Source: Auanema rhodensis (Eukaryota > Animalia > Nematoda). From it: a DNA stretch of 64,000 bases. The stretch lies in assembly GCA_964057225.1 (NCBI GenBank), contig OZ059894.1:2418001-2482000 (forward strand), in the 5' to 3' direction. The notes beneath the pieces are model-generated. The model ran no database searches. It worked only from the letters and a program-made list of their open reading frames with translations, and was not told the origin of the DNA. Both the position numbers and the translations under genes were made by a program. Shown piece after piece: positions 56,001-64,000 of the stretch; position 1 is the stretch's first letter, and the number at the start of each line of letters is the position of its first letter.

Positions 56001-59000
56001 GATAACACAGATCGACGCAGCTTAAAAATCCGCATCGAATGCACTATACTACATTGAGAAACGCTCAATACAAAAATTAGTTATGATCGTTTGAAAAATG
56101 ATGAATTAGTGTATGTTGAGTTTCCATGTACACTCAACATTGCTTCCAAAAACATTTTGACAAAAATTTTTTCGAGAAATTTCAAAATAATTTAGCAAAA
56201 AGTAGATGTTTTTAGATTCCTTTTTTCAAGGCGAAGACGATGGACATTGTTATTCAACGAAAAAATTAATTCTTCAGGGTGAAAATCGAGGATATAAGTG
56301 TGAACATATATCAGTTGATATCTCGGTGCATTTTTAAGCTAGCGCAAATCTGATAACACAGACCGACGCAGCTTAAAAATCCGCATCGAATGCACTATTC
56401 TACATTGAGAAACGCTCAATACAAAAATTAGTTATGATCGTTTGAAAAATGATGCATTAGTGTATGTTGAGTTTCCATGTACAATCAACATTGCTTCCAA
56501 AAACATTTTGACAAAAATTTTTTCGAAAAATTTCAAAACAATTTAGCAAAAAGTAGATGTTTTTAGATTCCTTTTTTCAAGGCAAAGACGATGGACGATG
56601 TTATTCAACGAAAAAATTAATTCTTCAGGGTGAAAATCGAGAATATAAGTGTGAACTTATATCAGTTGATATCTCGGTGCATTTTTAAGCTAGCGCAAAT
56701 CTGATAACACAGATCGACGCAGCTTAAAAATCCGCATCGAATGCACTATACTACATTGAGAAACGCTCAATACAAAAATTAGTTATGATCGTTTGAAAAA
56801 TGATGAATTAGTGTATGTTGAGTTTCCATGTACACTCAACATTGCTTCCAAAAACATTTTGACAAAAATTTTTTCGAGAAATTTCAAAATAATTTAGCAA
56901 AAAGTAGATGTTTTTAGATTCCTTTTTTCAAGGCGAAGACGATGGACATTGTTATTCAACGAAAAAATTAATTCTTCAGGGTGAAAATCGAGGATATAAG
57001 TGTGAACTTATATCAGTTGATATCTCGGTGCATTTTTAAGCTAGCGCAAATCTGATAACACAGATCGACGCAGCTTAAAAATCCGCATCGAATGCACTAT
57101 ACTACATTGAGAAACGCTTAATACAAAAATTAGTTATGATCGTTTGAAAAATGATGCATTAGTGTATGTTGAGTTTCCATGTACACTCAACATTGCTTCC
57201 AAAAACATTTTGACAAAAATTTTTTCGAAAAATTTCAAAATAATTTAGCAAAAAGTAGATGTTTTTAGTTTCCTTTTTTCAAGGCAAAGACGATGGACGA
57301 TGTTATTCAACGAAAAAATTAATTCTTCAGGGTGAAAATCGAGGATATAAGTGTGAACTTATATCAGTTGATATCTCGGTGCATTTTTAAGCTAGCGCAA
57401 ATCTGCTAACACAGATCGATGCAGCTTAAAAATCCGCATCGAATGCACTATACTACATTGAGAAACGCTTAATACAAAAATTAGTTATGATCGTTTGAAA
57501 AATGATGCATTAGTGTATGTTGAGTTTCCATGTACACTCAACATTGCTTCCAAAAACATTTTGACAAAAATTTTTTCGAAAAATTTTAAAATAATTTTGC
57601 AAAAATTAGATGTTTTCAGATTCTTTTTTTCAAGGCGAAGACGATGGACATTGTTATTCAACGAAAAAATTAATTCTTCAGGGTGAAAATCGAGGATATA
57701 AGTGTGAATTTATATCAGTTGATATCTCGGTGCATTTCTAAGCTAGCGCAAATCTGATAACACAGATCGACGCAGCTTAAAAATCCGCATCGAATGCACT
57801 ATACTACATTGAGAAACGCTTAATACAAAAATTAGTTATGATCGTTTGAAAAATGATGCATTAGTGTATGTTGAGTTTCCATGTACACTCAACATTGCTT
57901 CCAAAAACATTTTGACAAAAATTTTTTCGAAAAATTTCAAAATAATTTAGCAAAAAGTAGATGTTTTTAGTTTCCTTTTTTCAAGGCAAAGACGATGGAC
58001 GATGTTATTCAACGAAAAAATTAATTCTTCAGGGTGAAAATCGAGGATATAAGTGTGAACTTATATCAGTTGATATCTCGGTGCATTTTTAAGCTAGCGC
58101 AAATCTGCTAACACAGATCGATGCAGCTTAAAAATCCGCATCGAATGCACTATACTACATTGAGAAACGCTTAATACAAAAATTAGTTATGATCGTTTGA
58201 AAAATGATGCATTAGTGTATGTTGAGTTTCCATGTACACTCAACATTGCTTCCAAAAACATTTTGACAAAAATTTTTTCGAAAAATTTTAAAATAATTTT
58301 GCAAAAATTAGATGTTTTCAGATTTTTTTTTTCAAGGCGAAGACGATGGACATTGTTATTCAACGAAAAAATTAATTCTTCAGGGTGAAAATCGAGGATA
58401 TAAGTGTGAACATATATCAGTTGATATCTCGGTGCATTTTTAAGCTAGCGCAAATCTGATAACACAGACCGACGCAGCTTAAAAATCCGCATCGAATGCA
58501 CTATTCTACATTGAGAAACGCTCAATACAAAAATTAGTTATGATCGTTTGAAAAATGATGCATTAGTGTATGTTGAGTTTCCATGTACAATCAACATTGC
58601 TTCCAAAAACATTTTGACAAAAATTTTTTCGAAAAATTTCAAAACAATTTAGCAAAAAGTAGATGTTTTTAGATTCCTTTTTTCAAGGCAAAGACGATGG
58701 ACGATGTTATTCAACGAAAAAATTAATTCTTCAGGGTGAAAATCGAGAATATAAGTGTGAACTTATATCAGTTGATATCTCGGTGCATTTTTAAGCTAGC
58801 GCAAATCTGATAACACAGATCGACGCAGCTTAAAAATCCGCATCGAATGCACTATACTACATTGAGAAACGCTCAATACAAAAATTAGTTATGATCGTTT
58901 GAAAAATGATGAATTAGTGTATGTTGAGTTTCCATGTACACTCAACATTGCTTCCAAAAACATTTTGACAAAAATTTTTTCGGGAAATTTCAAAATAATT

Positions 59001-59929
59001 TAGCAAAAAGTAGATGTTTTTAGATTCCTTTTTTCAAGGCAAAGACGATGGACATTGTTATTCAACGAAAAAATTAATTCTTCAGGGTGAAAATCGAGGA
59101 TATAAGTGTGAACATATATCAGTTGATATCTCGGTGCATTTTCAAGCTAGCGCAAATCTGATAACACAGACCGACGCAGCTTAAAAATCCGCATCGAATG
59201 CACTATTCTACATTGAGAAACGCTCAATACAAAAATTAGTTATGATCGTTTGAAAAATGATGCATTAGTGTATGTTGAGTTTCCATGTACAATCAACATT
59301 GCTTCCAAAAACATTTTGACAAAAATTTTTTCGAAAAATTTCAAAACAATTTAGCAAAAAGTAGATGTTTTTAGATTCCTTTTTTCAAGGCAAAGACGAT
59401 GGACGATGTTATTCAACGAAAAAATTAATTCTTCAGGGTGAAAATCGAGAATATAAGTGTGAACTTATATCAGTTGATATCTCGGTGCATTTTTAAGCTA
59501 GCGCAAATCTGATAACACAGATCGACGCAGCTTAAAAATCCGCATCGAATGCACTATACTACATTGAGAAACGCTCAATACAAAAATTAGTTATGATCGT
59601 TTGAAAAATGATGAATTAGTGTATGTTGAGTTTCCATGTACACTCAACATTGCTTCCAAAAACATTTTGACAAAAATTTTTTCGAGAAATTTCAAAATAA
59701 TTTAGCAAAAAGTAGATGTTTTTAGATTCCTTTTTTCAAGGCGAAGACGATGGACATTGTTATTCAACGAAAAAATTAATTCTTCAGGGTGAAAATCGAG
59801 GATATAAGTGTGAACTTATATCAGTTGATATCTCGGTGCATTTTTAAGCTAGCGCAAATCTGATAACACAGATCGACGCAGCTTAAAAATCCGCATCGAA
59901 TGCACTATACTACATTGAGAAACGCTTAA

Positions 59930-59931
59930 TA
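59930..59931. other. TA target-site duplication, left copy (right copy at 61221-61222)
   Basis: The uninterrupted monomer reads AACGCTTAA-TA-CAAAAATTAG. Here it reads AACGCTTAA-TA-[element]-TA-CAAAAATTAG, an insertion at monomer positions 264-265. Confidence 0.96.
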
Positions 59932-59960
59932 TTAGGTACCGGAAAAAGTAATCGACGTTT
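59932..59960 (+). repeat. Terminal inverted repeat at the transposase 3' end (29 bp)
   Basis: TTAGGTACCGGAAAAAGTAATCGACGTTT is the exact reverse complement of 61192-61220. Confidence 0.97.
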
Positions 59961-60004
59961 TTGAACCTTCACATTAAACTACAAAATTTTTTTTTAAAAA
60001 TAAG

Positions 60005-60010
60005 TTTATT
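60005..60010 (-). promoter_or_regulatory. Candidate polyadenylation signal AATAAA overlapping the transposase stop codon
   Basis: The minus strand reads GAA TAA A, so AATAAA spans the TAA stop. Motif only, no transcript data. Confidence 0.5.
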
Positions 60011-61034
60011 CTACAAAATAATCACCATTACAATTTATTGTTTTTTCCCAACGTTCTACAAGATTATTCATTCCACGTGAAAAAAAGTCTAGCGTTTTAG
60101 AGGCGAAAAATGTGTTGAGTTCAGTTCTGAGCTCGATTTCATTTGAAAAAGTTTTATTACATAAAAAGTTAGAAAGTGAAAGAAACAAGTGATAATCAGT
60201 GGGTGAAAGATCTGGGCTGTAAGGTGGGTGTGGTAAAAGACTCCATCCAACGCTTTCTATCTTGTTCCGAGTCTCAATTGCAATATGAGGCCTTGCGTTG
60301 TCCTGAAGCAGTAGAACTCCTTTCCTGTTGACTAAAGCCGGGCGAAGTTTGATGAGTTTCTGATGAACTATGTCTATCTGAGCACAATATGCTGTTCTAT
60401 CAATAGTTCTCCCTTTTGGCAAATAATCTACGTGAACAATTCCGTGTGAAGTCCACCATACAGTAATCAAAATTTTTTTTGATGTCAGTGCCTTCTTAGC
60501 TATGGTTCCTGCCGGTTCTCCTCGTTGAACCCATTGTGCTGATCTTCTGGAGTTATCGTATTCAACCCATTTTTCATCACAGGTGAGAATACGATCGATG
60601 AAAGGGTCCTGAGAATTCATAGAGAGAAGAGAAGCAGCTATAGTCAGGCGAGTCAACTTGTTGTCTTCGGAGAGAGTATGTGGAATCCATTTGTCGAGCT
60701 TTTTGATGTAGTTTAACTCATGTAGACGCTTCCTAACTGTAGATTCATCACAATTCAAGTCTCTACATAGTTCCTGACAAGTTGCTCTTGGTGTTTCGTG
60801 AATTTTCTCTTTTAACTTATCATCATCAAGAATTCTTGGTCGACCGAGACGTTGTTCATCTTCAAGGTCTTCATTTCCTGTTTTGAATCTTCTGAACCAG
60901 AATCTTGCCACTCCGTCACTCACAGCATCATCACCGAACACTCTTCTAATTTTTTGAGCAGCTTCAGAAGCTTTAAGATTGTTCTTGAATTCATAAAGCA
61001 AAACTGAGCGAATTGTAACACTCGAGTAGACCAT
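60006..61034 (-). CDS. Mariner transposase, 342 aa, intronless, apparently intact
   Basis: N-terminal HTH region with WFRRF and GRPR; linker WIPHTL (WVPHEL motif); catalytic TCDEKW, LLQDNARPH and HPPYSPDLSPTDYHLF, with exactly 34 residues between the 2nd and 3rd Asp (DD34D). The ORF-track start at 61040 is TTG. The first ATG is at 61034-61032 in context AAAATGG. Confidence 0.96.
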   Translation of the reverse strand: MVYSSVTIRSVLLYEFKNNLKASEAAQKIRRVFGDDAVSDGVARFWFRRFKTGNEDLEDEQRLGRPRILDDDKLKEKIHETPRATCQELCRDLNCDESTVRKRLHELNYIKKLDKWIPHTLSEDNKLTRLTIAASLLSMNSQDPFIDRILTCDEKWVEYDNSRRSAQWVQRGEPAGTIAKKALTSKKILITVWWTSHGIVHVDYLPKGRTIDRTAYCAQIDIVHQKLIKLRPALVNRKGVLLLQDNARPHIAIETRNKIESVGWSLLPHPPYSPDLSPTDYHLFLSLSNFLCNKTFSNEIELRTELNTFFASKTLDFFSRGMNNLVERWEKTINCNGDYFVE

Positions 61035-61191
61035 TTTCAATCTTCAAAAAAATAATTTTATTCAGAATATATGATCACTACACATGCATAAAATAATTAT
61101 ATATAAATAGTAGTTATTTATGCTGTTTATACTTTTTTAATTAATTTTATTATATCCCGCCAAATATATAAAAAATAACTATTTGAATTTG
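61035..61191 (-). promoter_or_regulatory. AT-rich transposase leader/promoter region with TATA-like TATAAA (61131-61126) and E2F-like TTTGGCGGGA (61164-61155)
   Basis: Lies between the 5' TIR and the ATG. The motifs are read directly from the sequence and their function is inferred. Confidence 0.4.
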
Positions 61192-61220
61192 AAACGTCGA
61201 TTACTTTTTCCGGTACCTAA
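61192..61220 (-). repeat. Terminal inverted repeat at the transposase 5' end (29 bp)
   Basis: AAACGTCGATTACTTTTTCCGGTACCTAA is a 29/29 match to the left TIR. The match breaks at base 30. Confidence 0.97.
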
Positions 61221-64000
61221 TACAAAAATTAGTTATGATCGTTTGAAAAATGATGCATTAGTGTATGTTGAGTTTCCATGTACACTCAACATTGCTTCCA
61301 AAAACATTTTGACAAAAATTTTTTCGAAAAATTTCAAAATAATTTAGCAAAAAGTAGATGTTTTTAGATTCCTTTTTTCAAGGCAAAGACGATGGACATT
61401 GTTATTCAACGAAAAAATCAATTCTTCAGGGTGAAAATCGAGGATCTAAGTGTGAACTTATATCAGGTGATATCTCGGTGCATTTTTAAGCTAGCGCAAA
61501 TCTGATAACACAGACCGACGCAGCTTAAAAATCCGCATCGAATGCACTATTCTACATTGAGAAACGCTCAATACAAAAATTAGTTATGATCGTTTGAAAA
61601 ATGATGCATTAGTGTATGTTGAGTTTCCATGTACACTCAACATTGCTTCCAAAAACATTTTAACAAAAATTTTTTCGAAAAATTTCAAAATAATTTAGCA
61701 AAAAGTAGATGTTTTTAGATTCCTTTTTTCAAGGCAAAGACGATGGACTTTGTTATTCAACGAAAAAATCAATTCTTCAGGGTGAAAATCGAGGATCTAA
61801 GTGTGAACTTATATCAGTTGATATCTCGGTGCATTTTTAAGCTAGCGCAAATCTGATAACACAGATCGACGCAGCTTAAAAATCCGCATCGAATGCACTA
61901 TACTACATTGAGAAACGCTCAATACAAAAATTAGTTATGATCGTTTGAAAAATGATGCATTAGTGTATGTTGAGTTTCCATGTACACTCAACATTGCTTC
62001 CAAAAACATTTTGACAAAAATTTTTTCGAAAAATTTCAAAATATTTTAGCAAGAAGTAGATGTTTTTAGATTCCTTTTTTCAAGGCAAAGACGATGGACA
62101 ATGTTATTCAACGAAAAAATAATTTCTTCAGGGTGAAAATCGAGGATATAAGGGTGAACTTATATCAGTTGATATCTCGGTGCATTTTTAAGCTAGCGCA
62201 AATCTGATAACACAGATCGACGCAGCTTAAAAATTCGCATCAAATGCACTATACTACATTGTGAAACGCTCAATACAAAAATTAGTTATGATCGTTTGAA
62301 AAATGATGAATTAGTGTATGTTGAGTTTCCATGTACACTCAACATTGCTTCCAAAAACATTTTGACAAAAATTTTTTCGAAAAATTTCAAAATAATTTAG
62401 CAAAAAGTAGATGTTTTTAGATTCCTTTTTTCAAGGCGAAGACGATGGACATTGTTATTCAACGAAAAAATTAATTCTTCAGGGTGAAAATCGAGGATAT
62501 AAGTGTGAACATATATCAGTTGATATCTCGGTGCATTTTTAAGCTAGCGCAAATCTGATAACACAGACCGACGCAGCTTAAAAATCTGCATCGAATGCAC
62601 TATTCTACATTGAGAAACGCTCAATACAAAAATTAGTTATGATCGTTTGAAAAATGATGCATTAGTGTATGTTGAGTTTCCATGTACAATCAACATTGCT
62701 TCCAAAAACATTTTGACAAAAATTTTTTCGAAAAATTTCAAAATAATTTAGCAAAAAGTAGATGTTTTTAGATTCCTTTTTTCAAGGCGAAGACGATGGA
62801 CATTGTTATTCAACGAAAAAATTAATTCTTCAGGGTGAAAATCGAGGATATAAGTGTGAACTTATATCAGTTGATATCTCGGTGCATTTTTAAGCTAGCG
62901 CAAATCTGATAACACAGATCGACGCAGCTTAAAAATCCGCATCGAATGCACTATACTACATTGAGAAACGCTTAATACAAAAATTAGTTATGATCGTTTG
63001 AAAAATGATGCATTAGTGTATGTTGAGTTTCCATGTACACTCAACATTGCTTCCAAAAACATTTTGACAAAAATTTTTTCGAAAAATTTCAAAATAATTT
63101 AGCAAAAAGTAGATGTTTTTAGATTCCTTTTTTCAAGGCAAAGACGATGGACATTGTTATTCAACGAAAAAATCAATTCTTCAGGGTGAAAATCGAGGAT
63201 CTAAGTGTGAACTTATATCAGTTGATATCTCGGTGCATGTTTAAGCTAGCGTAAATCTGATAACACAGACCGACGCAGCTTAAAAATCCGCATCGAATGC
63301 ACTATTCTACATTGAGAAACGCTCAATACAAAAATTAGTTATGATCGTTTGAAAAATGATGCATTAGTGTATGTTGAGTTTCCATGTACACTCAACATTG
63401 CTTCCAAAAACATTTTGACAAAAATTTTTTCGAAAAATTTCAAAATAATTTAGCAAAAAGTAGATGTTTTTAGATTCCTTTTTTCAAGGCAAAGACGATG
63501 GACTTTGTTATTCAACGAAAAAATCAATTCTTCAGGGTGAAAATCGAGGATCTAAGTGTGAACTTATATCAGTTGATATCTCGGTGCATTTTTAAGCTAG
63601 CGCAAATCTGATAACACAGATCGACGCAGCTTAAAAATCCGCATCGAATGCACTATACTACATTGAGAAACGCTCAATACAAAAATTAGTTATGATCGTT
63701 TGAAAAATGATGCATTAGTGTATGTTGAGTTTCCATGTACACTCAACATTGCTTCCAAAAACATTTTGACAAAAATTTTTTCGAAAAATTTCAAAATAAT
63801 TTAGCAAAAAGTAGATGTTTTTAGATTCCTTTTTTCAAGGCAAAGACGATGGACTATGTTATTCAACGAAAAAATTAATTCTTCAGGGTGAAAATCGAGG
63901 ATATAAGTGTGAACTTATATCAGTTGATATCTCGGTGCATTTTCAAGCTAGCGCAAATCTGATAACACAGATCGACGCAGCTTAAAAATCCGCATCGAAT
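61221..64000. repeat. 351-bp tandem satellite array, right of the transposon (~8 monomers, continues beyond window end)
   Basis: The satellite resumes in exact register (TACAAAAATTAGTTATG) after the TIR. Monomer starts at 61309, 61660, 62011, 62362, 62713, 63064, 63415, 63766. Confidence 0.99.

Larger units (their letters stand above)
1..59931. repeat. 351-bp tandem satellite DNA array, left of the transposon (~171 monomers, continues beyond window start)
   Basis: TTGACAAAAATTTTTTCG recurs at 1, 352, 703 and at 8071, 11581, 15091, 18601 (steps of 10x351). Monomers differ only at scattered substitutions. The phase shifts by four 1-bp deletions (~770, ~3575, ~5330, ~37115). Confidence 0.99.
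59932..61220 (-). mobile_element. Full-length mariner (Tc1/mariner superfamily, DD34D) DNA transposon, 1289 bp, probably cecropia/Hsmar1-like subfamily
   Basis: Perfect 29-bp terminal inverted repeats, TA on both flanks, a single intact transposase ORF, and the ~1.3-kb size typical of mariners. The TIR TTAGGTACCGGAAAAAGTAATCGACGTTT resembles the Hsmar1 TIR as I recall it (TTAGGTTGGTGCAAAAGTAATTGCGGTTT). The subfamily call needs a phylogeny. Confidence 0.97.

Noticed and set aside
50124-58388. Nine near-identical 63-aa ORFs (MKNDALVYVEFPC...)
   Set aside because: They lie wholly inside satellite monomers and start at TTG. They appear only where one variant changes ATTTAGC to ATTTTGC (TAG to TTG), and all other monomers have the stop. 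The K/F/I-rich composition reflects A/T tracts and I recognise no domain.
59932-59960. Satellite derived from this mariner (shared ATCGACG and AAAAAGTA words)
   Set aside because: The matches are only 7-8 bp, are not collinear in the monomer, and are expected by chance in AT-rich DNA.
60006-61034. Domesticated SETMAR/Metnase-like host gene
   Set aside because: There is no SET domain or upstream exon. The ORF is enclosed by perfect TIRs and a TA duplication within satellite DNA, so it is a free transposon.
61035-61040. ORF-track start giving a 344-aa transposase
   Set aside because: The codon is TTG. In a eukaryotic element the ATG two codons downstream (AAAATGG) is the likely start, giving 342 aa.
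1-64000. CRISPR array or tandem RNA-gene cluster (5S, tRNA, SL/snRNA)
   Set aside because: Whole 351-bp units repeat with no unique spacers and there are no cas genes. I recognise no 5S, tRNA or spliced-leader sequence in the monomer, though this was not checked by covariance search.

Overview
Eukaryotic, probably invertebrate, satellite DNA. About 98% of the window is one head-to-tail array of a 351-bp AT-rich monomer (~33% GC by hand count of monomer 1; ~179 copies, all in one orientation, running off both window edges). The array is organised into local higher-order duplications (8-, 5-, 4-, 7-, 9- and 3-mers) and spatially segregated variant domains. It is interrupted once, at 59932-61220, by a 1289-bp mariner DNA transposon that looks fully intact: perfect 29-bp TIRs, TA target-site duplication and an open 342-aa DD34D transposase on the minus strand, with Hsmar1/cecropia-like TIRs. 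The nine 63-aa ORFs are artefacts of one satellite variant that lost a stop codon. No host genes, RNA genes or CRISPR arrays are supported. I cannot demonstrate a new biological system. The best leads are the young mariner sitting at a boundary between satellite variant domains, the palindrome-rich monomer with a degenerate dyad module, and an E2F-like site in the mariner 5' leader.
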